Assembly (NCBI GenBank): GCA_963744145.1
Contig: CAVUSO010000001.1
Span: 2,720,001 to 2,784,000, forward strand
Length of the DNA stretch: 64,000 bases
DNA from: an uncultured cyanobacterium
Lineage (GTDB): Bacteria > Cyanobacteriota > Cyanobacteriia > Cyanobacteriales > CAWUOF01
Reading direction: 5' to 3'
The notes under the pieces are model-generated. The model was not told the DNA's origin. It made no database searches and was given only the letters and a program-made list of their open reading frames with translations. Positions 40,525 to 51,122 of this stretch are shown one piece after another; the stretch's first letter is position 1; every line of letters starts with the position of its first letter. A program made the translations under genes and the position numbers.

Positions 40525-42510
40525 ATGACTAAAAGAATCGGGGATCAATATTGTTGTCCAGTAAGGAAATATAAAAAAATGCCTGTTGATACCAATGCTA
40601 ATCGTCCCATGAAAATGCCTAAACCAAAGCAGTTGGGTGGTAGTTTACTCATTTTGATTACCATTCTATTTCTTGTGAACATCATACCTGGTTTAGGGGG
40701 CAAGCAGTATGCCATGATGGGCTACAGTGACTTTATCAACAAGGTGCAAGCTGATCAAGTGGAAGAAGCTCTGATCACACCCAATGAAATTCGCTTTGTG
40801 CTTAAAGCTACAGACAAAAACCAGACTCGACTCATTTATGCTACTACTCCAGTTCCAGTAGACTTGGATTTACCCAAGATTCTCCGGGAGCATAACGTGA
40901 AGTTTGAAGCACCACCCCCCAATAATACTGGTTGGATTTCTGCTCTATTAAGTTGGGTTGTTCCACCATTAATTTTCTTTGGAATTTGGAGTTGGTTGCT
41001 CAATCGTCAAAGTGGTGCTGGACCCGCAGCACTTACTGTGGGTAAAAGTAAAGCAAGAATCTATTCAGAAGGTTTGACAGGAGTAAAATTTGCTGATGTC
41101 GCTGGAGTAGATGAAGCTAAGTTTGAACTCCAAGAAATTGTTGATTTTCTCAAAAATGCTAGTAAATATACCCTATTAGGAGCTAAAATTCCCAAAGGTG
41201 TCTTGTTAGTAGGACCTCCTGGTACAGGTAAAACTTTATTAGCAAAAGCGATCGCTGGTGAAGCAGGTGTTCCCTTTTTTAGTATTTCTGGTTCGGAATT
41301 TATTGAGTTATTTGTCGGTGTCGGTGCATCACGGGTAAGAGATCTGTTTGAACAAGCAAAAAAACAAGCTCCTTGTATTGTTTTTATTGATGAGTTAGAT
41401 GCTCTCGGTAAATCTCGGGGTGGTAATACTCCTTTTGGTGGTGGTAATGATGAAAGAGAACAAACTCTCAATCAGTTACTGACTGAAATGGATGGTTTTG
41501 ATGCTAATACTGGGGTAATTCTCCTAGCCGCAACTAATCGTCCGGAAGTGTTAGACTCAGCTTTACGTCGTCCTGGTCGATTCGATCGTCAAATAGTGGT
41601 AGATCGTCCTGATAAAATTGGTCGGGAAGCAATTCTGCAAGTTCATGCCAGAAATGTTAAATTAGCTCCTGAAGTTGATTTAGCTACGATCGCGATCCGT
41701 ACCCCTGGTTTTGCTGGAGCTGATTTAGCGAATTTGGTGAATGAAGCAGCTCTATTAGCAGCACGTCAAAACCGTACTTCAGTAACTCAAGCTGATTTTA
41801 ATGAAGCGATCGAACGAGTAATTGGTGGATTAGAGAAAAAATCCCGTGTTCTGAATGAAGTTGAGAAAAAGACTGTTGCTTATCATGAAGTTGGTCATGC
41901 TTTAATTGCAGCTTTAATGCCTGGTGCTGGTAAAGTAGAAAAAATTTCGATCGTACCTCGTGGTGTTGGTGCTTTAGGATATACTTTACAACTACCAGAA
42001 GAAGATCGATTTTTGATGGTAGAAGATGAAATTCGTGGTCGAATTGCTACGCTGTTGGGTGGTCGTGCTGCGGAAGAGTTAGTTTTTGGTAAGGTTTCGA
42101 CTGGTGCTAGTGATGATATTCAGAAAGCTACGGATTTAGCTGAACGAACGGTAACTCTTTATGGAATGAGTGATCACCTTGGTCCGGTAGCATTTGAGAA
42201 AACTCAGCAACAGTTTTTAGATGGATATACGAATCCTCGTCGTCCGGTTAGTCCGAAAATTGCGGAAGAAATTGACTGTGAAGTTAAGGAAATTCTTGAT
42301 AATGCTCATCATATTGCTTTAGCAGTTTTAGATCAAAACCATAATTTATTAGAAGAGGTCGCGCAAATGCTGTTACAAAATGAAATTATGGAAGGTAGTC
42401 AATTGCGATCGCACCTTGCTCAAGTTGTTGCTCCTTCAGAACTGAATGAATGGTTACGTTCTGGTAAGTTACCCGCAGGAACGCAAATGATGCAATCAAA
42501 GTTGGTGTAA
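40525..42510 (+). CDS. ftsH: ATP-dependent zinc metalloprotease FtsH (FtsH4-like); start probably ATG 40579
   Basis: [29 protein letters not shown]. Confidence 0.95.
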   Translation: MTKRIGDQYCCPVRKYKKMPVDTNANRPMKMPKPKQLGGSLLILITILFLVNIIPGLGGKQYAMMGYSDFINKVQADQVEEALITPNEIRFVLKATDKNQTRLIYATTPVPVDLDLPKILREHNVKFEAPPPNNTGWISALLSWVVPPLIFFGIWSWLLNRQSGAGPAALTVGKSKARIYSEGLTGVKFADVAGVDEAKFELQEIVDFLKNASKYTLLGAKIPKGVLLVGPPGTGKTLLAKAIAGEAGVPFFSISGSEFIELFVGVGASRVRDLFEQAKKQAPCIVFIDELDALGKSRGGNTPFGGGNDEREQTLNQLLTEMDGFDANTGVILLAATNRPEVLDSALRRPGRFDRQIVVDRPDKIGREAILQVHARNVKLAPEVDLATIAIRTPGFAGADLANLVNEAALLAARQNRTSVTQADFNEAIERVIGGLEKKSRVLNEVEKKTVAYHEVGHALIAALMPGAGKVEKISIVPRGVGALGYTLQLPEEDRFLMVEDEIRGRIATLLGGRAAEELVFGKVSTGASDDIQKATDLAERTVTLYGMSDHLGPVAFEKTQQQFLDGYTNPRRPVSPKIAEEIDCEVKEILDNAHHIALAVLDQNHNLLEEVAQMLLQNEIMEGSQLRSHLAQVVAPSELNEWLRSGKLPAGTQMMQSKLV

Positions 42511-42539
42511 AATTATCATGATCATCCCACCTCAGCTAG

Positions 42540-45266
42540 GTGGGATATTTCTCATTCAAAAGTCTCCGACGATCGCACTATCAAAAAACTGCTATGGTGG
42601 ATATGAGTCTTCCTCCTAACTCTCCCCCCTTACTTCTAGCTATCCAAGCAGGTATTATTGATCAGGATACCACTGTTTTTGATTGGAAAGATGATCCTCC
42701 TGCTCGTGATGTTGATGTGATTAATTTAGGTGATCCGCTTAACCTGATTACATCCTCTACTGAATGTCAAGAACTTCTGACACAAGCTTGGTCATTAACT
42801 CGTCAGGTTTTAATTGTTTCCGCTCCTGTGGGGATTAATCATCAAGGTGATCATCAAATTGTTTATGGGAATGGAGAATTTAGACATCCCCATTGTTTCC
42901 GAAAATATTACCAACAGGAAGAATTAAAAAATTATCTCGAACAAGTTTTAAATGTTCCAGCTATTCCGGTTTCTCTAGGTGTTTATTTTATTTTCCGCTC
43001 GATCGCGCGATCGCAAAAATTCTTATTTTCTTATAGACAATCATCTCCACCCCAGTCGTCTCTTCGCGATGATATTCTCATTTATTTAGCACTGTACCAA
43101 CCTAATTTTTCTGATCTGATTCCCGAAATTCAAAATCCGATTATTGCTCTTTTTAATAGTTATGAGCAAGCTAGTCAAATGGCTCAGGATCTCCTCAATC
43201 AGATCCATGACTTTACCATAATAGTTAATCATTGTCAACAAAGCCCCATCGGTAAATTATTACCAGGTGCGCTCTATATTCATGTTTCTGCTTTACCCTA
43301 TCTCCATCCATTACTCAGACTTTATCAAGCTTATTCTAGTCAGAACATCGGGATAATTGAAAATACTACCTTAATTAAATTTAACACTAATCGTCCCCAA
43401 CTATCCTATTTATTTTATCCCGATTTTGATCGAGAACCCCATCCCATTCTTAAAGCTAGTATTCAGCTCGATACTCAGACAAGAAATCTGCGCTATCGTG
43501 ACTACAAAAATTCTGATAATCCTCCCCTATTACATCGAAAAGAAACCTTTGTTACTCCCGATTATCCCCACTATCAAGAATTTGCTCAACTAACTCAAGC
43601 ACAAGAAAAATTAGGATTACTCAATCACCGAGGAATCGGTACTTTAAAAGGTTGGTTAGGATGTTTAGAAGTAAAGGGAGTTGATCTAGATGGACATCAA
43701 ATCGTGAGACGAGAAAATCAGGGAATTGCGATCGCAATTCCCAAAATTGAACGTCATAAAGCAGCAATGTTAAGGAATGATCTTTCTCGACCCATGCGTT
43801 TAGCGTTGGAAACTGGTATCTTTACTGAAAATACTACCTTTTTTGATTATGGTTGTGGTCACGGTGGGGATATTGCGCGAATTGCAGAAAAAGGATATCT
43901 AAGTAGGGGATGGGACCCTTATTATTTACCAGATCATCCTTGTATTTCTGCTGATGTAGTTAATCTTGGTTATGTCATTAACGTGATTGAGTGTACGACA
44001 GAACGTCGAGCAGCTTTAATCAAAGCGTGGGAATTAACTCAGCAAGTTTTAATTGTGTCTGCTCAAGTTTTGATTCATGAACGTGGTAGTAATAGTCAAG
44101 CTACTTATGGAGATGGAATTATTACTCGTCGTCGGACTTTTCAAAAATATTATGAACAAGAAGAATTAAAAACTTATATTGACCAAGTTTTAAACGTAGA
44201 TGCTGTTCCCATTGCACTAGGAATTTATTTGGTTTTTCGGAATGAAGAACAAAAAACTAATTTTACTTTGTCTCGTTTACGCTGTCGTGTTACTACTCCC
44301 AGAATTCGAGCTAATATTAAGCGGTTTGAAGATTATCAAGAGTTACTAACTCCCCTGATGCGTTTTGTGACTGAACGCGGTCGTTTACCAGTTAAGGATG
44401 AGTTGGTTAATGAAGCTGATTTAAAAGTCGAATTTTCTAGTTTCAAACGCGCTTTTCAAGTCATTTTACAAGTTACTGATCAATCAGAATGGGATGCGAT
44501 CGCTCGGAAACGTCGGGAAGATTTACTGGTTTATTTTGCTTTAAGTAATTTTAGTCATGATGTAGATATCCGCAATTTAGCATTAGAGGTAAAGAATGAT
44601 ATTAAATGTCTGTTTGGTTCCTTTAAGCAAATTTGGGAAGAAGCGGATCAATTATTATTTACTCTCGCTGATAAAAACGCGATCGCAGCTGCTTGTGCGA
44701 AAAGTAAAATCGGTTTAAAACTTCCTCGGTCTTTTTCTGTGCATATTTCCGCTTTATCAGAAATTGATCCTTTAATTAGACTATATGAAGGTTGTGCTAG
44801 TCGGACAATTGGCAGATTTGATGGGGCAAATTTAATTAAATTTCATATTCATCAACCGCGCATATCTTATTTATTTTATCCTCATTTTGATACCGATCCT
44901 CATCCAGTGTTAGCTAATAGCGTTCATATTGATTTACAAAATTTGCACGTTAGCTACTGCGATTATGATGATGTTGATGATCCACCAATTTTTCACCGTA
45001 AGGAAACTGTAGTTGCTCCAGATTATCCTAATTATGAAAAGTTTGCCAAACTCAGTCTTCAGGAAGAAAATTGGGGTTTATTTGATGATTTTTCAGCGAT
45101 TAAAACTCGTCGAGGGTGGTTACGCTGTTTAGAAGAGCATTGTGCAGAGATTCATAATTATCGTCTTTTTTGGCGTAAAGATGCTGATCCTTATCGGATT
45201 AAATTAGCACAGTCAGCGCGGCGATCGCGTCGGAAGTCACAACTACATACCTCGGAAAAAATCTAG
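42540..45266 (+). CDS. DNA phosphorothioation-associated putative methyltransferase-like protein
   Basis: RHKAAM.R..LSRPM, FDYGCGHGGD, GWDP, VNLGYVINVIE, TFQKYYEQEELK, YPDFD..PHP, PPLLHRKE; module duplicated. Confidence 0.75.
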   Translation: MGYFSFKSLRRSHYQKTAMVDMSLPPNSPPLLLAIQAGIIDQDTTVFDWKDDPPARDVDVINLGDPLNLITSSTECQELLTQAWSLTRQVLIVSAPVGINHQGDHQIVYGNGEFRHPHCFRKYYQQEELKNYLEQVLNVPAIPVSLGVYFIFRSIARSQKFLFSYRQSSPPQSSLRDDILIYLALYQPNFSDLIPEIQNPIIALFNSYEQASQMAQDLLNQIHDFTIIVNHCQQSPIGKLLPGALYIHVSALPYLHPLLRLYQAYSSQNIGIIENTTLIKFNTNRPQLSYLFYPDFDREPHPILKASIQLDTQTRNLRYRDYKNSDNPPLLHRKETFVTPDYPHYQEFAQLTQAQEKLGLLNHRGIGTLKGWLGCLEVKGVDLDGHQIVRRENQGIAIAIPKIERHKAAMLRNDLSRPMRLALETGIFTENTTFFDYGCGHGGDIARIAEKGYLSRGWDPYYLPDHPCISADVVNLGYVINVIECTTERRAALIKAWELTQQVLIVSAQVLIHERGSNSQATYGDGIITRRRTFQKYYEQEELKTYIDQVLNVDAVPIALGIYLVFRNEEQKTNFTLSRLRCRVTTPRIRANIKRFEDYQELLTPLMRFVTERGRLPVKDELVNEADLKVEFSSFKRAFQVILQVTDQSEWDAIARKRREDLLVYFALSNFSHDVDIRNLALEVKNDIKCLFGSFKQIWEEADQLLFTLADKNAIAAACAKSKIGLKLPRSFSVHISALSEIDPLIRLYEGCASRTIGRFDGANLIKFHIHQPRISYLFYPHFDTDPHPVLANSVHIDLQNLHVSYCDYDDVDDPPIFHRKETVVAPDYPNYEKFAKLSLQEENWGLFDDFSAIKTRRGWLRCLEEHCAEIHNYRLFWRKDADPYRIKLAQSARRSRRKSQLHTSEKI

Positions 45267-45504
45267 GGTAGATGAATTATAATTTTATTATATACTTAAA
45301 CGTTGGTTGTTGGCGCATCCAGGTCTGTTTCATTCTACCCGAATTGACCTCTCCCCCAACCCCTTTCCTACAAGGAGAGGGGAGCAAGAATGAATCGGAT
45401 TACATCTCACTTAAATAAATTGACCTCTCCCCCCAGCTTCGCCCAGAATTCGCAAAAAACCTTAAATTATTACATCATAACTGAACCATTTTGGCGAATA
45501 GTTA

Positions 45505-46293
45505 TTGGCAAAAATCATGAGTGAAATATTAACTTCGATCGATGTCCCACCATCCTTACCTGACCATACCCAATTACCAGATCACGATGGTGTATTCGTG
45601 AAAAACTTTCAAGAGCATCCTCAATGTATTATGTTGACCGATTCGATCGGACCAACCTTAGCCCGACTACATCCAGAGGGAGATTATTGTATCGGACAGG
45701 ATTCGGGGATATATTGGACAGATGCAGATCCACCAGAACAAGGAGCAGAAGCACCGGATTGGTTCTATGTCCCTCATGTTCCAGCCCAACTCAATGGAAT
45801 GATGCGTCGCTCCTATGTATTTTGGCGAGAATTAAGGTCACCCTTGATCGCATTAGAATTAGCGAGCGGAAATGGTCAAGAGGAAAGAGATCAAACACCC
45901 CTATCCAGAAGTAGTGAAGGAATTAGACCAAGACCAGGCAAGTTTTGGGTATATGAACAGATTCTTCAGATTGCCTATTATGGCATTTATGAAGTGTTCA
46001 CAGGTAAATTAGAAGTCTATCATTTGGAAAATAATCGCTATCAAAAAATTACCTCCAACGACAGAGGACATTATCCAATTCCCGAATTAGAAGTAGAATT
46101 AGGACTATGGCAAGGAATCTATCAAAATCAAGAACAACTTTGGTTACGTTGGTGGGATTTAGCCGGCAATCTATTATTAATCGGTAATGAACGAGCTGAA
46201 CTAGAACGACACCGAGCTGAACAAGCTGAAATCAAAGCTGCTAAATTAGCAGAACTTTTGCGATCGATGGGGATTGAACCTGATGCTAATTGA
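45505..46293 (+). CDS. Uma2/DUF820 family protein, copy 1 (start perhaps ATG 45517)
   Basis: LPDHTQLP, IGQDSGIYW, APDWFYV, LELASGNG, GKFWVYE. Confidence 0.88.
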   Translation: MAKIMSEILTSIDVPPSLPDHTQLPDHDGVFVKNFQEHPQCIMLTDSIGPTLARLHPEGDYCIGQDSGIYWTDADPPEQGAEAPDWFYVPHVPAQLNGMMRRSYVFWRELRSPLIALELASGNGQEERDQTPLSRSSEGIRPRPGKFWVYEQILQIAYYGIYEVFTGKLEVYHLENNRYQKITSNDRGHYPIPELEVELGLWQGIYQNQEQLWLRWWDLAGNLLLIGNERAELERHRAEQAEIKAAKLAELLRSMGIEPDAN

Positions 46294-46494
46294 TCAGGAG
46301 CGGAATTGAATTTTTGGCGATCGCACGATCTATAAATCCAGTTCAGTTACCTGTAGGGGCGTAGCATTCAGGCGACAACTTATCACCCATAGCAGTTAAT
46401 ATTAGATCCGAATGCTACGCCCAGTTACGTCCAGAATTCCCAAAGAAAACCTTAAATTATTACATCATAACTGAACCATTTTGGCGAATAGTTA

Positions 46495-47389
46495 TTGGCA
46501 AAAATCATGAGTGAAATATTAACTTCGATCGATGTCCCACCATCCTTACCTGACCATACCCAATTACCAGATCACGATGGTGTATTTGTGAAAAATTTTC
46601 AAGAGCATCCCCAATGTATTATGTTGACCGATTCGATCGGACCAACCTTAGCCCGACTACATCCAGAGGGAGATTATTGTATCGGACAGGATTCGGGGAT
46701 ATATTGGACGAGATGCAGATCCACCAGAACAGGGAGCAGAAGCACCGGATTGGTTCTATGTCCCCCATGTTCCAGCCCAACTCAATGGAATGATGCGTCG
46801 GTCCTATGTATTTTGGCGAGAATTAAGGTCACCCTTGATCGCATTAGAATTAGCGAGCGGAAATGGTCAAGAGGAAAGAGATCAAACACCCCTATCCAGA
46901 AGTAGTGAAGGAATCAGACCAAGACCAGGCAAGTTTTGGGTATACGAACAAATTCTTCACATTGCCTATTATGGCATTTATGAAGTGTTCACAGGTAAAT
47001 TAGAAGTCTACCATTTGGAAAATAATCGCTATCAAAAAATCACCCCCAATGAAAGAGGACATTATCCAATTCCCGAATTAGAAGTAGAATTAGGACTATG
47101 GCAAGGCATCTATCAAAATCAAGAACAACTCTGGTTACGTTGGTGGGATTTAGCAGGCAATCTGTTATTAATCGGTAATGAACGAGCCGAGCTAGAACAA
47201 CAAAGAAGGGAACAAGAATGTCAACGGGCTGAACAAGAATATCAACGGGCTGAACAAGAACGTCAACGTGCCGAACAAGAACGTCAACGTGCCGAACAAG
47301 AACATCAACGGGCTGAACAAGCTGAAATCAAAGCTGCTAAATTAGCAGAACTTTTACGATCGATGGGGATTGAACCTGATGCTAATTGA
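46495..47389 (+). pseudogene. Uma2/DUF820 copy 2 with +1 frameshift at about 46708-46711
   Basis: TGG ACGA GAT versus TGG ACA GAT (copy 1) and TGG CGA GAT (copies 3, 4). Confidence 0.85.
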
Positions 47390-47590
47390 TCAGGAGCGGA
47401 ATTGAATTTTTGGCGATCGCACGATCTATAAATCCAGTTCAGTTACCTGTAGGGGCGTAGCATTCGGGCGACAACTTATCACCCATAGCAGTTAATATTA
47501 GATCCGAATGCTACGCCCAGTTACGTCCAGAATTCCCAAAGAAAACCTTAAATTATTACATCATAACTGAACCATTTTGGCGAATAGTTA

Positions 47591-48568
47591 TTGGCAAAAA
47601 TCATGAGTGAAATATTAACTTCGATCGATGTCCCACCATCCTTACCTGACCATACCCAATTACCAGATCACGATGGTGTATTTGTGAAAAACTTTCAAGA
47701 GCATCCCCAATGTATTATCTTGACCGATTCGATCGGACCAACCTTAGCCCGACTACATCCAGAGGGAGATTATTGTATCGGACAGGATTCGGGGATATAT
47801 TGGCGAGATGCAGATCCACCAGAACAAGGAGCAGAAGCACCGGATTGGTTTTATGTCCCGAATGTTCCAGCCCAACTCAATGGAATGATGCGTCGATCTT
47901 ATGTATTTTGGCGAGAATTAAGGTCACCCTTGATCGCATTAGAATTAGCGAGCGGAAATGGTCAAGAGGAAAGAGATCAAACACCCCTATCCAGAAGTAG
48001 TGAAGGAATCAGACCAAGACCAGGCAAGTTTTGGGTATACGAACAAATTCTTCACATTGCCTATTATGGCATTTATGAAGTGTTCACAGGTAAATTAGAG
48101 GTCTATCATTTGGAAAATAATCGCTATCAAAAAATCATGCCCAATGAAAGAGGACATTATCCAATTCCCGAATTAGAAGTAGAATTAGGACTATGGCAAG
48201 GCATCTATCAAAATCAAGAACAACTCTGGTTACGTTGGTGGGATTTAGCAGGCAATCTGTTATTAATCGGTAATGAACGAGCTGAACTAGAACAACAAAG
48301 AAGAGAACAAGAACATCAACGAGCCGAACAAGAACATCAACGAGCCGAACAAGAACGTCAACGAGCCGAACAAGAACATCAACGTGCTGAACAAGAACAA
48401 CAACGTGCTGAACAAGAACGTCAACGAGCCGAACAAGAACAACAACGTGCTGAACAAGAACGTCAACGCGCTGAACAAGAACAACAACGTGCTGAACAAG
48501 CTGAAATCAAAGCTGCTAAATTAGCAGAACTTTTACGATCGATGGGGATTGAACCTGATGCTAATTGA
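47591..48568 (+). CDS. Uma2/DUF820 family protein, copy 3
   Basis: Near-identical to copy 1 with longest QRAEQE heptad tail. Confidence 0.88.
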   Translation: MAKIMSEILTSIDVPPSLPDHTQLPDHDGVFVKNFQEHPQCIILTDSIGPTLARLHPEGDYCIGQDSGIYWRDADPPEQGAEAPDWFYVPNVPAQLNGMMRRSYVFWRELRSPLIALELASGNGQEERDQTPLSRSSEGIRPRPGKFWVYEQILHIAYYGIYEVFTGKLEVYHLENNRYQKIMPNERGHYPIPELEVELGLWQGIYQNQEQLWLRWWDLAGNLLLIGNERAELEQQRREQEHQRAEQEHQRAEQERQRAEQEHQRAEQEQQRAEQERQRAEQEQQRAEQERQRAEQEQQRAEQAEIKAAKLAELLRSMGIEPDAN

Positions 48569-48768
48569 TCAGGAGCAGAATTGAATTTTTGGCGATCGCG
48601 CGATCTATAAATCCAGTTCAGTTACCTGTAGGGGCGTAGCATTCGGGCGACAACTTATCGCCCATAGCAATTAATATTAGATCCGAATGCTACGCCCAGC
48701 TTTGCTCAGAATTCCCAAAAAAACCTTAAATTATTACATCATAACTGAACCATTTTGGCGAATAGTTA

Positions 48769-49704
48769 TTGGCAAAAATCATGAGTGAAATATTAACTTC
48801 GATCGATGTTCCACCATCCTTACCTGACCATACCCAATTACCAGATCACGATGGTGTATTTGTGAAAAACTTTCAAGAGCATCCTCAATGTATTATCTTG
48901 ACCGATTCGATCGGACCAACCTTAGCCCGACTACATCCAGAGGGAGATTATTGTATCGGACAGGATTCGGGGATATATTGGCGAGATGCAGATCCACCAG
49001 AACAAGGAGCAGAAGCACCGGATTGGTTCTATGTCCCTCATGTTCCAGCCCAACTCAATGGGATGATGCGTCGATCTTATGTATTTTGGCGAGAATTAAG
49101 GTCACCCTTGATCGCATTAGAATTAGCGAGCGGAAATGGTCAAGAGGAAAGAGATCAAACACCCCTATCCAGAAGTAGTGAAGGAATTAGACCAAGACCA
49201 GGCAAGTTTTGGGTATATGAACAAATTCTTCACATTGCCTATTATGGCATTTATGAAGTGTTCACGGGTAAATTAGAGGTCTATCATTTGGAAAATAATC
49301 GCTATCAAAAAATCACTCCCAATGAAAGAGGACATTATCCCATACCCGAATTAGAAGTAGAATTGGGACTATGGCAAGGCATCTATCAAAATCAAGAACA
49401 ACTCTGGTTACGTTGGTGGGATTTAGCCGGAAATCTGTTATTAACTGGTAGTGAACGAGCCGAGCTAGAACAACAAAGAAGGGAACAAGAACGTCAACGG
49501 GCTGAACAAGAACGTCAACGGGCTGAACAAGAACGCCAACGTGCTGAACAAGAACGCCAACGTGCCGAATCCGCTAATCAGCTAGTCGAGCAGGAACGAC
49601 AACTTAGACAACAAGAACGACACCGAGCTGAACAAGCTGAAATCAAAGCTGCTAAATTAGCAGAACTTTTACGATCGATGGGGATTGAAGCTGATGCCAA
49701 TTGA
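48769..49704 (+). CDS. Uma2/DUF820 family protein, copy 4
   Basis: Near-identical to copy 1; tail includes ESANQLVEQERQLRQQ. Confidence 0.88.
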   Translation: MAKIMSEILTSIDVPPSLPDHTQLPDHDGVFVKNFQEHPQCIILTDSIGPTLARLHPEGDYCIGQDSGIYWRDADPPEQGAEAPDWFYVPHVPAQLNGMMRRSYVFWRELRSPLIALELASGNGQEERDQTPLSRSSEGIRPRPGKFWVYEQILHIAYYGIYEVFTGKLEVYHLENNRYQKITPNERGHYPIPELEVELGLWQGIYQNQEQLWLRWWDLAGNLLLTGSERAELEQQRREQERQRAEQERQRAEQERQRAEQERQRAESANQLVEQERQLRQQERHRAEQAEIKAAKLAELLRSMGIEADAN

Positions 49705-49777
49705 TCAGGAGCGGAATTGAATTTTTGGCGATCGCGCTATCTATACTATTAATCATCCCGATCGCCTCAATTTTCAA

Positions 49778-50347
49778 TTAATAACAATATTTGCCGTTTT
49801 TAGGTTTTGGTTGGTTTTGTCCAGTCCGAATCGTTCCTAATAAAGTAGAGACAAATACACAGCGTTTCATGCTAGGATTATTCCTACTATTTAATGTGAC
49901 TCTACCTAATTGTCCATTAGTAAGTCCTTTATGATTAAATTCGACTTTCCAAATACCTTTTGTATATTTTAAGGTGGTTTCGTTCAAATCTAAATCTACA
50001 TTTTCATCTAATTTTTGCCAATTTGCATCCTGGGGATCGGTACTTTTCGGATGAACTGCCCAATAGACAATATCATTTACTAATTTTATACTTACTTGCC
50101 AAATTTGATTACTTCGATTGGCTTTATTTTGCGCTTCTCGTTTAGCTTGTAATATTTGGTCTTGGGCATTTTTCAGTCTCTGGTTGTCTATAAAAACTAG
50201 CCAGTTTTGCACTGCGATCGCACTAATAATACTAATAATAGCGATGATCACCACATTCTCAATTAAGGTAAATCCTAATTGGGAATTTTTCTTCCCGATC
50301 GCTATCAATTTCTGGCTTTTATCTATTAATTTCTGATTTATCTTCAT
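49778..50347 (-). CDS. prepilin-type pseudopilin (FimT/GspH-like)
   Basis: GFTLIE N-methylation motif; KRCVFVSTLLG C-terminus. Confidence 0.85.
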   Translation of the reverse strand: MKINQKLIDKSQKLIAIGKKNSQLGFTLIENVVIIAIISIISAIAVQNWLVFIDNQRLKNAQDQILQAKREAQNKANRSNQIWQVSIKLVNDIVYWAVHPKSTDPQDANWQKLDENVDLDLNETTLKYTKGIWKVEFNHKGLTNGQLGRVTLNSRNNPSMKRCVFVSTLLGTIRTGQNQPKPKNGKYCY

Positions 50348-50440
50348 CTTGATACACCTGCTGAAAATATTTGGAGGCTATTTTAAAAGCCCGGATATTT
50401 TATATGAAAGGTGTTTTTTGACAAGATGGTTTTACAAAAC

Positions 50441-51052
50441 TTATAAATTACAATCCGTATTCCTACCAGTGCGAATTTCACCGAATAGAGTGGAAACGAT
50501 TACACAACGTTGAGTAGCAGTAGCTGGACTAAAACTGGCTAGATCACTTTGAGAAATTACTGTGATTTTTCCATACTCTCCTGTAGTCATCGTCGCTAAG
50601 GTATTGGAATTTGGATTAGTTGTAGAAGTATTATTAGCGATCACCATACCTTTTTGATCAAACTGGACCCTATACACAGAAGCACCTACAGGAGGACTAC
50701 TCGGGCTAAAAGCGATCATATCAGCATTACTATTAATCAAATTCTCCCAACTAGCACCAGTACATATATTAGCCTGGCTATCTAGTTGCGCTGCACCTTG
50801 TAATGCTTTAGTGGTAGGATTTTGTTGAAAACAGGCTTCCCAAACTCTTTTCTCTTTTTTAGCTTTAAATTGGGCGGTTCGGATTGTCTCTAAAATCCGC
50901 TCTTGCGCTCCATTTATTCGTTGTCCTTGTAAAAATGACAGCCAACTAGGAACTGCGATCGCTCCTAAAATGCCAATAATGACAACGACAATGAGCAATT
51001 CTATAACTGTAAATCCCGCCACTGATTGAGTTGAGTCTATTTTTTTGATCAT
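50441..51052 (-). CDS. prepilin-type pseudopilin (HpsD-like)
   Basis: GFTVIELLIVVVIIGILGAIAVPSW; RCVIVSTLFG. Confidence 0.85.
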   Translation of the reverse strand: MIKKIDSTQSVAGFTVIELLIVVVIIGILGAIAVPSWLSFLQGQRINGAQERILETIRTAQFKAKKEKRVWEACFQQNPTTKALQGAAQLDSQANICTGASWENLINSNADMIAFSPSSPPVGASVYRVQFDQKGMVIANNTSTTNPNSNTLATMTTGEYGKITVISQSDLASFSPATATQRCVIVSTLFGEIRTGRNTDCNL

Positions 51053-51122
51053 CTTACTTCTCTCAGCTTAATCTACTGAAAATTTACCTAATATGATTTG
51101 ATTGAAGTGAAATTAACCCCTA

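Larger units (their letters stand above)
45435..49735 (+). repeat. four-unit tandem duplication (gene plus MITE spacer)
   Basis: Start-to-start spacing 990, 1096, 1178 bp; MITE spacers 46334-46483, 47430-47579, 48609-48757. Confidence 0.92.

Noticed and set aside
45624..49178. Repeated 96-aa alternative-frame ORFs and antisense 48287-48499
   Set aside because: Shadow frames of the Uma2 copies and their heptad repeats
45505..49704. Uma2 array as a diversity-generating retroelement (TR/VR)
   Set aside because: No reverse transcriptase in the window; differences are not adenine-specific and whole genes are duplicated
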